Shown: in pieces, positions 1-13,348 of the stretch
Position numbering within the stretch: the first letter of the stretch is position 1
Layout of the letters: each line of letters opens with the position of its first letter
From: Raja brachyura
Lineage: Eukaryota
Assembly (NCBI GenBank): GCA_963514005.1
Contig: OY740790.1
Span: 53,816,001-53,880,000, forward strand
DNA length: 64,000 nucleotides
Direction: 5' to 3'
Notes under the pieces: model-generated
The model's input: the letters and a program-made list of their open reading frames with translations, nothing else
What the model was told of the DNA's origin: nothing
Database searches by the model: none
Position numbers and translations under genes: made by a program

Positions 1-154
1 CTTCAGACTGATGAGGTTACTGGATTGTAAAGGAATACAGGGGGATGCGAGGAGAGTGCGGGACCATGCATCTTGAGGTAGGTCAGGCACAAACTGTTTG
101 AATGCCTTGGCTATCTTGGCAGGCCGAATACCCACCTCCTGATCCTATTGTTTA

Positions 155-694
<540 letters not shown>

Positions 695-724
695 TTATGG
701 GGGCATAGATACCGTAGACAATCA

Positions 725-1294
725 GAAGGCAGACACAAAACGCTGGAGTAACTCAGCGGAACAGGCAGCGTCTCTGGAGAGAAGGAATGGGTGACGTTTC
801 GGGTCGAGACCCTTCTTCAGATTGAGGTTAGGGGAGTGGGCGGGACAGTGATAGAATGTAGTCGGAGACAGTAAGACTGGTCAGAGAACTGGGAAGGTGG
901 AGGGGATGGGGAGAGAGGGAAAGCAGGGCTATTTGAAGTTAGAGGAGTCAATGTTCATACCACTGGGGTGTAAGCCACCCAAGCAAAAGGAACAACACCT
1001 CTTATCTCGCTTGGGGAGCTTACACCCCTGTGGTATGAACATTGCCTTCTCTAACTTCAAATAGCCCCTGCTTTCCCTCCCTCTCCATCTTCTCCCCATT
1101 CCTAGTTCTCCAACCAGTTTCGGACTACATTCTATCTCTATCCTGCCCACTCCCCTGACATTAGTCTGAAGAAAGGTCTCGACCCAAAACATCACCCATT
1201 CCTTCTCTCCACAGATACTGCTGTCCCGCTGAGTTACTCCAGCATCTCGTGTCTGCCTTCGATTTAAACCAGCATCTGCAGTTCTTTCCCAGAC
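725..1294. mobile_element. Palindromic Penelope-like element (two inverted 3' ends) with hammerhead-like motifs
   Basis: Arm 725-984 is the reverse complement of arm 1009-1260. Plus strand 981-1064 reads KQKEQHLLSRLGSLHPCGMNIAFSNFK* and the minus arm reads LGGLHPSGMNIDSSNFK*, resembling the C-terminus of the Penelope GIY-YIG endonuclease. Each arm carries a CTGAAGA..GAAA motif. Confidence 0.8.
791..822 (-). ncRNA. Minimal type I hammerhead ribozyme motif, intact core
   Basis: Minus strand reads CTGAAGA A GGGTC TC GACCC GAAA C GTC acc: CUGANGA box, helix II, GAAA, palindromic ACGT helix III and a GUC triplet. Helix I is weak, and activity is untested. Confidence 0.6.
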
Positions 1295-2249
1295 GATCAG
1301 AACCTTTCTCCCAGGGTAGAACATGCAAAGACTAGAGGGCATATCTCTAAGGTGAGAAGGACACAGTTTAAAATAAATGTGTAGGGCAAGATTTGTTTTA
1401 AACACAGGGTGTTAAAATACAGGGTGGGTGCCTGGAATGGATTGCCAGGTGGTGCCAGGTCCTCATTAATCTCTTGTTTATTCATCATACTGGTAGTGGT
1501 AACGTTTTCCCTATTGAGCAGAAGATGGACTGTAGATAGTTAACTATCGACTACTTGCCATACTATGCATCAAACCACAGAGAGACAAGTCTCTTAATAT
1601 AATTTAAAAACAACGAACTGCAGGTGCTGGTTCAGAAGAAAAAAGGACCCGACCCAAAACATAATCTATCTATGTTCTCCAGAGATGTTGACTCATCTGC
1701 CTCTGCCACTACCCCTAGCAGTGTGTTCCAGGCACCCACCACCCTCTGTGTAAAAAAAAACTTGCTCTGCAAATCTATTTTAAATTTGCCCCTCTCACCT
1801 TAAAGCTATGCCCTTTAGTCCTTGACATTTCCACCCTGGGAAAAAAATAGTTTTGACTGTATCCTATCTATGCCTCTCATTAGTTTTGATAGGATTTCTC
1901 ACACTTTGGTACAATCCTTAGCTGTGTCATTGTGGGCAGAGCAACTTTAATAATGAGATCTCTGCCTCTTAGTCCAGAGTTATCTTAGGACACACATTGT
2001 CTGCTTCCACCTAATATTGACCACTTTGTGATAACATCTGTAAATGATGTTACCTTCTATTGGTTTGCTGATGACACAATTTGTGCTCACTGTTTTATTT
2101 TGCACCTCTGCTATCCAGTGTTGTGACACCCAGTATAAATGCTATTTATGTCAGTCTGAATCAGTTAATCCACGGTCCATTTTAATTCAGGATGTGTAAT
2201 ATGTATTCTCTGTCAAATGGCAACCTATTTCTAACCCTCAAAGTGAATC

Positions 2250-2497
2250 TAAACAAAGAGAAGTTTAAGGCGAGGGGGGAAAGATTTAATAGGAACCTGA
2301 GGAGTAGCTTTTTTACACAAAGGGTGGTGGGAGTATGGAAAGAGCTGCCAGAGGAGGTAGTTGAGGCAAATATTATCGCAACTTTCAAGAAGCATTTAAA
2401 TATGGTACATGGATAGGGTAGGTTTAGAGTGATGTGGGCCTAACGCAGGCAGGTGGGACTAGTGTAGATTGGGGAATGTTGGTCGGTGTGGGCAAGC
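2250..2497 (+). mobile_element. CR1/HER1 LINE 3' fragment
   Basis: KFKARGERFNRNLRSSFFTQRVVGVWKELPEEVVEA...FKKHL. Confidence 0.85.
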
Positions 2498-3086
2498 ATA
2501 TATAATCATATGAAGTGTCCATTTATGTGAATTCTGCACTAATAGCACTTAATTTTTCCCCGCATTCCCATCAACTTCCTGCTAATTTTACTTCTCAACG
2601 TCCTACTGAGGGCAATGTGCAGAGGTGAAGCAACCACCAAATGCTCTTTGGAATATCAGAGGAAAAGCATGCTGTTACAGGGAGAGCGTGCAAACTCCAC
2701 ACAGACAAAGAGATCAGCAACAGCTTTACAAGCCAAGTTAAATGTGCTGCATGTTCTATGCTTCTGCTTCTGGTCCTGATGCCAGCGCTGACATTATCAA
2801 AGCATACATCACAAGACTCAAGAGGCATACATCACAAGACTTCCCCTCTATTATCAGGCCTCTGAACGGTCCTTCCATAAGCTAGTGCACTGTCCAATTC
2901 ACCTCTACCTCATCGGTGACATTGGACTTTGTCGATGTAGCTGGCACTGATGCTGAGAACTATATTGTGCACTCTGTATCTTCCCATTTGCTTTTTCTAT
3001 TGTACTCGAGTTTGACTTGATTGTATTTATTATAGTACTAAATGATATGTTCAGATCTAAACCTAAACCAAATGTAACAACTTTCA

Positions 3087-3407
<321 letters not shown>

Positions 3408-4199
3408 TTATTGCTTAGTTTGCATGGTAGAACATCTGCAATGTGCTGTGATGCAATAGGATGTGATTCTCAAGATATTTTAGTATTGATTTTGGGACTG
3501 ATATCACACAGTTCAACGTAAGTAACAAATTACAGAGGAAAGAAATTCACACAAATGAAAGCAGTTACTTATTAGTAAAAATATGGAAACACAAGGGACT
3601 GCACATGACGGAATCTGGAGCAAGTAATAAACTGAACACATCGAGTCATGCAGCATCTGAGGAGGCAAAGAGATGTGTAACGTTTTGGGTCGAGACCCTG
3701 CATTAGTTCTCAGAGCAACAATATCATTTGATGTGATTTCAATTTACTTAACATTTGAATCTTTTTGGGATCACATCTATGGTTGGCGATCTAAAAACTC
3801 AAGCAATTAGATCGTGGCTAATGCAGTCAAAAGTTGGCAAGTCAGCATAATTTTATTTCACATGACACAAACATGGCTATTTTATCCCAATCATTTGTGG
3901 CTAACTGGAAAAATACGTTTCAATACTTTACTGCACTTCATTGATCACATTTCTGATATCAGTCAATAAAAATATTGCTCCGATATTATATACAGGTAAT
4001 TCTTGCTGCTAGGACCCTATATCAGGTTTTTCTTTATACGATCAGTGCACCATCAAGCCAATGTCTGTGATATCACAAATCACAGGCTATTGTGTCTGAA
4101 CAAAAAAATGATGTTAGTGGAGGAGTCAAAACAGGAGTAAATTCTATACAATATAAGATGGCAAAGGTAGCTATTGGTCCATAATGTTAAAATAGTTAG

Positions 4200-4560
4200 A
4201 TAATTGATTTCACACCACCCATCATTGCAGATATGGGTTGCTTCCACCATTTGGAGTTTAACAGCAATTCAAAGGAGGAGGGGGGAGAGGAGAAGGGGGG
4301 GGGGGGGGGGTAGAGGAGGAGGGGAGCGGTGCGGGCGGGTGGCCGGGCAGCGGGCGTCAACCAAAGGACTGCGAGTTTGGTGGCTTCAATCCAGAGCCCG
4401 ACTTGCTCGTCTTTTGAATAACAGGGTGGGGGAGAGGTTGTGTGGGGAGGAGGGGCGTCATTCGCAACGCGAGCAAGATGGCAGGCATGCAGATCCATTG
4501 TGACGTCATCAGCAAAAGCCAGTTATTTTTATTTCAAAGTTTTGTCAGATTTTTGAACAT
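4200..4560 (-). promoter_or_regulatory. Candidate proximal promoter / small CpG island of dmbx1
   Basis: Local GC/CpG-rich patch about 1 kb upstream of the start codon, in a CpG-poor background. Contains GC-box-like GGGCGG/GGGGCG motifs, a perfect CRE palindrome TGACGTCA at 4501-4508 and a G-tract at 4295-4310. Confidence 0.5.
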
Positions 4561-4789
4561 TTTCAGTAATAACTCAAGATATAAAGCACAACATTTTCAG
4601 ATAAGGCGACTTCGGAGTCCAGTGCATAAATCTCTACTGGATACGTATAAAAATTTAACCGTTAGTGCGTTGTTTTTTCAAGAAGATGTGATTATACACG
4701 CACACGCACACACACGCAAACAAATACACATCCAAGATCAGAGTTTTCTGTATATAGATATAGATGAAGCGATTGGTTAGGTTTGATTA

Positions 4790-5185
4790 GTTTTTCTTGG
4801 AGAATAGCAGGCCGAGGGGTGACATGATAGGGAGATATAACATTTTGTGAGGCAGAGAAAGGATCAATAGCCAGAGTGTGTTTCTCATTAGAAGTGTGTC
4901 TAAAATTAGAGGGTATAGGTTTAAGATGAGATTGAGGAGCTTTAAAGGGGATACGTGAGGTACATTTTTAACTGAGATTAGTTGGTATCAGAAATTAGCT
5001 GCTGGTGGAGTTAATAGAGGCAGCAACAGTAACAACATTTAAGAGGCATCTGGACGGTACTTGAATGAGCACAATATAGAGGAAAATTGAATTGATACAG
5101 TTTAGAGGGAGGAGTGTAAAATAACATGATATTTGTGCAGAGACACTGTGGACAGAAGAGTCTGTTTCTATGCTGTATAACACTA
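4790..5185 (+). mobile_element. Decayed CR1 LINE 3' end
   Basis: gaggggtgacatgatagg...agagggtataggtttaag...acatttaagaggcatctgga...ctgtttctatgctgtat. Confidence 0.75.
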
Positions 5186-5331
5186 TGGATCTATTTAATA
5201 CATTGAAAGGAATGCAGGAACAGAATCATTCGGGAGTGCACATACAGAAATCTTTGTTGTGATAAATTTAGACTTTTGTTAAAAATCCAACATGGAGACA
5301 AAAGTCAAGAGTCAAGAGTAATTTACTGTCA

Positions 5332-5488
5332 GACACAAAATTCTGAAGTAACTGGGTGAGGCAGGCAGCATCTCTGGAGAGAAGGGTCTGAAGAAGGGTC
5401 TCAACCTGAAATGTCACCCATTACTTCTCTCCAGAGATGCTGCCTGTCCCGATGAGATTCTCCAGCATTTTGTGTCTAACTTCAGTGT
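5332..5488. mobile_element. Palindromic Penelope-derived mini-element (decayed hammerhead)
   Basis: Same arms as the family. Direct repeat TTTACTGTCA at 5322-5331 and 5489-5498. Core reads ctgaagaagggtctcaacctgaaatgtc. Confidence 0.75.
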
Positions 5489-6099
5489 TTTACTGTCATA
5501 TGTCCCAAAACAGAACAATGAAACACTTACTTGCAGCAGCACACACACACATATATATGTGTATATATATATGTAAACATAGTACTCTGTAAAAGCCATA
5601 AGAAACAAAAAAAGTTCAGTACATCTTTTTTTTTAAACAGACAAATACATGGACACCGAACTCCAAAGCAAGCAAGCAATGTTAAGTTTTAGTATAGCCA
5701 TCGTCAGATATCAGAACTTGGAACATGATGGCAAAACCTAGAGAAAGTGGTGGAGAAGGTTTTCTAGAATAGTGTGACATTGCATGTCGAATGTTATGTG
5801 GAGAGATTGGAAAAGCTTGAATTGTACTGTGTAAAGCAGTAAATATGAAAATCAAAATTCATAAGGAATGAAAGGAAAGATGAAAATGACTTTAGTGCAT
5901 CAAGTTCTGTTGATCTGTAATGCACCCTTTGAAAAGACGATGGTAGCAGATTTAATGTAACTGTAAAGAAAAATTGGATAAAAGCAAGAATGGAAATGCT
6001 TGCAGGGCTGCAAAGACAAAAGGAGGAGAATGGAGCCACATGGACAGATATTTCAAAGAATGGGCTGATAAGTGGCAAGTGCCACATTGACACTACAGA

Positions 6100-6790
6100 G
6101 CCAGGTGATGATTATCTCTAACCACTTACCCTTGACATTCAGTGGCATTATCATGGCCATGTCCCCCGTCATCAGCATCCTGGTGAGCACTCTTGACTAG
6201 AAACTCAATTGGACCAGTCATATAAATATTGTGGCTATGAGAGCAAGTCAGAGGCTGAGTATCCTGCAGCATGTGACTTGACACCATAAAGGTTTTCCAC
6301 CATCTACAAAATGCAATTCAGGAGTGTGATGGAATATTCTCCCTTTGCACAGGTTAATGCCACTCCAACAACACTTGAGAACCTTGACATCAACCAAGAC
6401 GTTGCAGTCCACTTGAATAGAATTCCAAGCACCACCTTAGAGGTCCATTCTACCTCCACCACTGTACAGTGATTGCAGTGTATATCTTTTACGACAGTCA
6501 ATTCAGTTCTTGCCACCTGACATATCAGCATGTCCCAAATATACACATCTATCACAATGAAGAAAAAGAGCTTTAGTTGTGTGGGAATGCAATTACTTGT
6601 ACGTCCATCTCAAGCTGCACACATTCCTGGCTTGGAATTATAACACCATTCTTTATTTGTAGAACATTATAAATTCAAGGCAATTGGGGACATGTTCACC
6701 AGAGGATTGCAGCAGTTCAAGAAGTGTCTCATCACAACTTTCTCAAAGACAATTAAGGATGGATAATAAATGCTGACCATTTCAATAAAA
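6100..6790 (+). mobile_element. Decayed non-LTR retrotransposon RT C-terminal fragment (RTEX- or CR1-group-like)
   Basis: Residual coding ..KLNWTSHINIVAMRASQRLSIL..STIYKMQFRSVMEYSP..; related pieces at about 12560-12640 and 13490-13590. Confidence 0.6.
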
Positions 6791-7146
6791 GCTAATTCTG
6801 CTTTGCAGGATTAATTATCAAAGGGACTGCTTTTCTTCCTATGATTCTCTGTTATGTTTCCAGTATAAAATGCTCCTTCCATGCAAAAACAAAAACAAAA
6901 AACAATTGAAGCTATGGCCACGAACAAATGTAGCCAGCTTTAACACATCAATAATCATTGCTTAAAATTCTGCAAAATTTAAATTGCATTAACTGTAATG
7001 AAATGTTACAATTGCCTTAATTATAAATTCCTCCATTTCCCTGCTTAATTGTCATAGATTAAAGTTTCGCATCAGTTCAATAAACATAGGCTCTATAAAA
7101 CCAAGATGGGTAGAACCAAAGTATATTCAAACAATGATAAATAAAG

Positions 7147-7397
7147 TCACAACAAAAACTACGGAGGAACACAACGGATCACACAGCATCATTGGAGGGA
7201 ACGGACAAGTGAAGTTTTGATTTGGGACCCTTCCTCAGAACCTTCCCATACAGCTAAAGCCTTTTTCCAGAGCCAGAAGAAGGGTTCCGAACCGAAATGT
7301 CACCTACCTATTCCTTCCCCAGATGCTGCCTGGCCTGCTACGTTTTTACAGCACTGTGTTTTGCTTGAGATGCCAACATCTGCAGTTCCTTGTGTAT
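7147..7397. mobile_element. Older palindromic Penelope-derived element
   Basis: Diverged inverted arms; contains cagaagaagggttccgaaccgaaatgtcacc. Confidence 0.65.
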
Positions 7398-8149
7398 TCA
7401 TTACTTAATCATCTCCTGGTCCAAAAATAAACTCAATGCACTTGTGGATTATTAGTTTCTAAAATAAGTCTTATTTGTAATAATATAAATATTTTTGTTT
7501 AAGATTTAACATACTACTATTTCTATTTGAGTTCCATATGTATTCTTCCAGTATTTGCACGAAACAGAAAATTTAGTATGCAGTAAAAATTATGGGTTTT
7601 TTTTTCCTGGTACATTGACTGTTTAACTAGCTTGAAGATAGCATTGGTGCTGAGCATTAGAGTCCTGCTTGAAATGTTTGCCTGCTTGAAAAGGCAAATA
7701 ATGTTAGAAAACATAACCTTTCTTCAGATCAGATTGTTGAGTAGCACTTTGCAATAAACAGCTCACTTACACATGCAACCATATGTCACATTGCCAGGGT
7801 ATTTTTGCATTGAGATTAATTTAGAAACACCTTGAAGTTCTCCTGTGTGCACAAGATTGTTGTTGCTTTCCCTGTGAAGGTTGTGAAGCAGCACACCCTA
7901 ATGAGGTAATGAAAAGCAGCATCTGAATTTTCATGTTTGAATGTAACTTTTGGAATATGGGTGTGTCAGTTAGATTCCAAGTTAATAAAAATAATGCTGA
8001 TAGTTTTATGAGTAAAAACGAAAAACTCATTAAACAGCTGTCGGATAGATATTACGGAGAAAATATAGCAGTCTTGGTAATTAATTGCAGAGACCAGTTG
8101 TGTTGTGCAGGGGTCTGTGCCAAATAATGGGGAGTGTAGTGTTGAATAC

Positions 8150-8345
8150 CTCTTTGGTGACCTTGGACTATCCTTGATCGGACTTTGCTGTCTTTACCTT
8201 GCACTAAACGTTATTCCCTTATCATGTATTTATACACTGTAAATGGCTCCATTGTAATAATCATATATTGTCTTTCTGCTGACTTGATAGCGCGCAACAA
8301 AAGCTTTTCACCGTACCTTGGTACATGTGACAATAAACTAAACTG
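8150..8345 (+). mobile_element. LINE 3'UTR tail (Rex1/Babar-like)
   Basis: Ends caacaaaagcttttcaccgtaccttggtacatgtgacaataaactaaact. The same tail occurs inverted at about 21270-21405 and partially at about 55005-55062. Confidence 0.6.
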
Positions 8346-10239
8346 AGTTTTGCTTTTATGAGAACATTAGTGAATGAAGTTAAGTCCCGTTTTCAGTCAC
8401 AGAGCTATATAATTTTCCAATAAATATTTGATTCCATCGGCTAATACCAAGCTTCCAAACCAATTATCTGATTGATTCAACATTTATTGCTTTAGCTGTG
8501 GATCATCTGGTCTATGCTTTCACAAGAAAATATAATGTTACTCCCCAACTTGCCCCTCATGAGTTGGAGTTATGAGTTTCAAGTTGCTCATTGAATGTTT
8601 CCAAGTTCAAGAATTTCTGTTTGAAGATAAAAAGCTTAAAGCTCCTTGTGGTTATTTCAAATATATCTTTGCAATTATCTATACAACATTTCACAAACTA
8701 ATGCAATCATGAGCTTTGCTCTCAGTCAGAAGTTTGAAAAAGACTAGAGATCTAATTGAAAACATTTTAAGATTATTTGTCATTGATGAGAGACTAAGAC
8801 AAACTATTAAGTAATATTAACTATTAAGCAATAGTTTGTACATTTCTTGCACTGTTCTGTGCATTAGATTAGAGGGATTTAGCCTTAGTTTTGTCAGCAC
8901 TGTACATGTGAGATAATGTATTGACTATGTGATCAGGGTAGTCGGTAAAATATCCCAGGTTCATAGCCACTTACATAACATTGCAGGAGTGGCACTTAAA
9001 GCATCAGGCCAGATTTTCGTCACCCAAAGAAAACTTAAGAAGAGGGAAGAAAATATTGTATGCAAAACTAGAAGACAAGCAATAATGAGAAAGGACCATC
9101 ATGATGATTTAGCTTATCCCACTATCATGCACTGGAATGCACAATATACAAATGAGGCATGAACAACTTTAATGGAAAATAGAAATATGTTTGTTGAACA
9201 AATTGCTAATGCATCACTAATTCAAACTAGTGCTCCATCTTAGCTGGGAGTCCAGCAGTCTCAAGCTAAAGCTGGCGGCTGTCTACAATTTACAATAAAT
9301 CAGCTAATGTGGTGGGAAATAAATCTCCTTGAAAAGAGTTGCAATGTTGGACATCAGAAAGCTTTGCTGTGACTGTAGCTGCAGGGTTTAGTTGTATTTG
9401 TTACAATGTCCACTGATACTAAGCAGTTCTTGCTCATGTTTAAGATCCTTTTTAAAAAATACATAAATCAATTATAGAAAATAACCTATACAGCATTTTT
9501 TAAATTACAAATGCATTTGTCAAGTGGAGGCTCTGTTTTTCAGGCTGTCGAATTCTGCTTACAGTGCTTAAAATAATCTTTATATTTCATTAAGCAGCCA
9601 AATATGTTGCACTCGCCCAGTGGCAGTATTGATGGGTTTCAGTTGAGGCCAGCGGGAAACATGACTCTCCCGTTGTTGTTCAGTTGCCATAGCATAATAT
9701 CCAGTGGCACTCCATGAGCAAGGAGATCAGAGAGGATTTTATTGGCTCAGCTAAATGCAGTGTGGCATTGATCCTGTTTGCAAAAAAGTTCCAAATGAGA
9801 CTTTCTGCTTTGTATTAAATTGTTGTTGCCTTAGCTTGACCTTTTAAGTTCAGCGTTGATTTAAATTTCACGAATATTTTTACTTTTGACAAAAACTGTT
9901 GTCAGTCCTTTGAAGACAATCCATCCTTACTAAAATATCATGTAAAAAGCCTAATTCTCAGTCCAATGTATTTAATGGCAACGGCAAAGTTGAATTGATT
10001 CTAGCCATCTTCAGCCACAAGTGCCAAGTGGATGATCTATCTTGGACTCTTTTTGAGATCCCCACCTAAACCACAGCTATTTATTAAACAATTTAACTTC
10101 ACATGATGCCAGGAAACAATTGAGAGCAACAGTTACAGCAAAGGCCAGGGGACCTAAAAACATCCCAATTGTCAAATCCAATCTTGCTAATTACTTCCTA
10201 TTGATCTTCTCATCATTTTTCATTATGGCACAATGGAAG

Positions 10240-10965
10240 GCAACATTGAATTCACCAATTCCAGGTAACCAATGTTTTCATTTGTACCAGAATTGGCAAA
10301 TTCCGGAGTGAGAGACCCAGAATTGGGGGATGGGGGTAAGTGAGAGGAGGGAGATCCATGGATTGAGGAAATTGGGGAGGTTTGGCATTTCAGGTCAACG
10401 AGTTTCCGTAATGGTGGTGTGGGTGGGATGATGGGTGGCTTTAAACCCTAGAGCATTTGTTTTGCTCCTCTCTCAATGATGCTGCCAGCCTTGCTGAGTA
10501 TTTCCACCATCTTCAATTTTCATTTCAAATTTCTGGAACCTTAGGCATTTTGCCCAACAATCTCTGGTCAGTGCTGAGATTATACACTTATACTCATTAC
10601 CAATATGACTTGACCTGGACTTTCTCAGCATTCTCTTCCACTTCTGATTTCCAGCAATTGTTCTTCTCTTTATTGCAGCGCACTAATATTTCTCTTATTG
10701 CTTCCCTCCGCTCTCTTTATCCCTCAGTCTGCTCAGGCAAATTAGCTGCCACTATCAAAGCCCTCAGCATTCGTCCTCAATCTGTATCATTCATCATCTC
10801 TTCATTTCTGCTCTGTCACAGATATACACATTGTTCTCCCCACATCTCCCTCTTCTCTTCCTTCTACTTTTAGTCCAATTATGATGAAAGGCCAGACCTG
10901 AAATATTAATTCTGGTTATCTCTCCATAGATGCTGCATGACCTGTTGAGTATTTCCAGCATTCTT
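10240..10965. mobile_element. Old Penelope-like 3' end remnants
   Basis: Purine-rich then pyrimidine-rich 3'UTR-like tracts. Ends in tgatgaaaggccagacctgaaatatt...ccatagatgctgcatgacctgttgagtatttccagca. Confidence 0.5.
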
Positions 10966-11426
10966 CATATAATTTATTGACATGAAGTGTCACAACACAG
11001 AAATGGGCCCTTCAGCCCATATGTCAATGTCAACCTATTTTGCCCATCTCCACTAATTCAATTTTTGCACATTTAGTCTGTATTCTTCTATGACTTGCCT
11101 ATTTAAATGTCCATTTAAATGACTCAAAGATGGTGGATGTATCAAACTCTACCATTTTCTCTCTCACTACGTTCCAGACATGAACCGCCCTATGTATAAA
11201 AAACTGTCCCATCAAATCCCTTTGAATCTTTTTCCTCTCATCGTAAACCCATATTTTCTTGTTTCTGATACCACCACTGTGGGAAAATCATTCTGACTAC
11301 CTACTCTATCCATGCCACTTCTATCAGGTCACCTTTCAATCTCCTTCACTTCAGGGAAATCCAACTAAGCTTATCCAATCTCTCCCTTCAACCAGAGTCC
11401 TTCAAGTCAGGCAACATTCTGGTGAA

Positions 11427-11963
11427 ATGTAAAAATAAGGAACTACAGATGCACGGAGGCACAGCGGTAGAGTTGCTGCCTTACAGCGCTTGCAGCACCG
11501 GAGACCCGGTTTCAACCCCGACTACAGATGGTGCCTGTACGGAGTTTGTACGTTCTCCCCTTGACCGCGTGGGTTTTCACTGAGATCTTCAGTTTCCTTC
11601 CACACTCCAAAGACGTACAGGTATGTAGGTAAATTGGCTTGGTATAAGTGTAAATTGGCCCTGGTGTGTTAATGTGTGGGGATCACTGGTCGGTGCAGAC
11701 TCGGTGAGCCGAAGTAACTGTTTCAGCGCTGTATCTCTAAACTAAACAAACTAAGCTGCTGGTTTAACAAAGAAGACACAGAGGTGCTGGAATAGATCAG
11801 CAGGTCAGGCAGCATCACAGGAGAACTTGAATAGGCGATATTTTGGGACGGGACCCTTCTTCAGAATCAGAACAGAATAAGGGTCCTGACCCGAACCATC
11901 ACCTCACCATGTTTTCTTGAGATGCTGCCTGACCCCCTGAGCTACTCCAGCAATTTGTGTCTT
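11427..11963. mobile_element. Palindromic Penelope-derived element nested in a CR1 and itself interrupted by a SINE
   Basis: Family arms at 11755-11963, with its start (aaggaactacagatgc) before the SINE. Flanking repeat caacattctggtgaa / caacatgctgatgaa at 11412-11426 and 11964-11978. Confidence 0.7.
11453..11754 (+). mobile_element. HE1-like tRNA-derived V-SINE
   Basis: Head ggcacagcggtagagttgctgcc..ggtttcaaccc (A/B-box-like), central ggagtttgtacgttctcccc..gcgtgggttttc..cacactccaaagac domain, CR1-like tail ending in (ctaaa)n. Confidence 0.85.
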
Positions 11964-12389
11964 CAACATGCTGATGAATCTCCTCTGCATCCTCTCCAGT
12001 GCGTATGGTGGACAAAGCTGCATGTGTACTCTAGGTGCAGTCTCAGCAGTGTTTTGTAAACTTATGACACAATGCTCCAACTTTTATATTCTGTGCCCTG
12101 ATCAATGAAAGCAAGCATGCCATGTGCCTTCTTCACTTCCCAGTCAATCATGAAATGGTAACAATAAAAGCCAAGGTTTTAGGGACAGGGCTGTGCTGTT
12201 ATTTTTGATACATTGTGGACATTTACTATCTTGAACAAAGGAAAGTCTAGAAAATTACCCATGATATTACAGTCACAAATTACCTGACCTTCAACACAAT
12301 GGGTCACATGATTGACAAACAGCTTAAGGTGACTCCCACTCATGTAAATATTGATGCATGAATACAAATAAGGAGACTGGGTAATTCCA

Positions 12390-12522
12390 CGTAGGAAGGG
12401 GACTGCAGATGCTGCTTAACAACAAAGATGGCCACAAAATGCTGGAGTAACTCAGCAGGACAAGCAGCATTTCTGAAGAGAAGGAATGGGATAAGTTTCG
12501 GGTCGAGACCCTTCTTCAGACC
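12390..12522 (-). mobile_element. Penelope-derived element, single arm
   Basis: gtaggaaggggactgcagatgctg...gctggagtaactcagc...tttcgggtcgagacccttcttcagac. Confidence 0.7.
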
Positions 12523-13253
12523 TGCAGGAAGGGGCTCAGCTCTCCATGACCTTGTGGGCATAAATCACAAGGACGATGGAATAACTCTTCAATTGCTTGG
12601 ATGACAGCAACTTCAACAACACTTGGAGCTTAACAACAGACAGTCATAGCGTCATAGAGTCATACAGCGTGGAAACAGGCCCCTCGGCCCAACTTGCCCA
12701 AATCGACCAACATGCCCATCTACACTAGTCCCACCTGCTTGCATTTGGTCCATGTCCCTCTAAATATATTCTATCTATGCACCTGCCTAAATGTGTCTTA
12801 AACATTGCGATAGCACCTACCTCAACTATCTCTGGCAGTTCGTTCCATTCACCTACCACACTTTCTGTAAAAAAGTTCCTATTAAACCTTTGCCCCCATC
12901 ACCTTAAACCTATGTCCTCTGCTTCTCGAACATCTGGAATATACCAGCCCACATGATATGCATCTGATCCTCTACCAATGTACGTAGCTTCAATATGTAT
13001 GTTCTACAAAATAGAGTGCAGCTAAGCCTTCCTTAACACCACTTCCCAAGTTTGCAATCTCTATCACCTTGGAAGACAAGTCCAGCTTTACCACACCATA
13101 ACTTACAAATCTTTCAACAAGTATCATGCGATCGTTGTCTAGAAACCATGATAGAAAATGGCAAAACTTTAAAGTGAGATGAGAATGACATCAAGACAGC
13201 ATTTGAGTGAGTGTGGCATCAAGGGGGGGCCTGGTCAAACTGAATAAATGGGC

Positions 13254-13348
13254 AGTCTGAACAATGGTCTCGACCCGAAACATCACCCATTCCTTCTCTC
13301 CAGAGATGTTGCCTGTCCCACTGAGTTACTCCAGCATTTTGTGTCTAT
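13254..13348 (+). mobile_element. Penelope-derived element, single arm
   Basis: gtctgaacaatggtctcgacccgaaacatcacccattcc...ctgagttactccagcattttgtgtc. Confidence 0.7.

Larger units (their letters stand above)
10985..12140 (-). mobile_element. CR1 LINE 3' fragment hosting nested insertions
   Basis: Antisense CR1 text (tcaggtcacctttcaatctcc..., aatctcctctgcatcctctccagtgc...) continues across the 11427-11963 insert. Confidence 0.75.

Noticed and set aside
929-1405. 158-aa ORF as a functional gene
   Set aside because: Chimeric read-through of a CR1 fragment and the Penelope palindrome; only the last ~17 residues are TE coding remnant.
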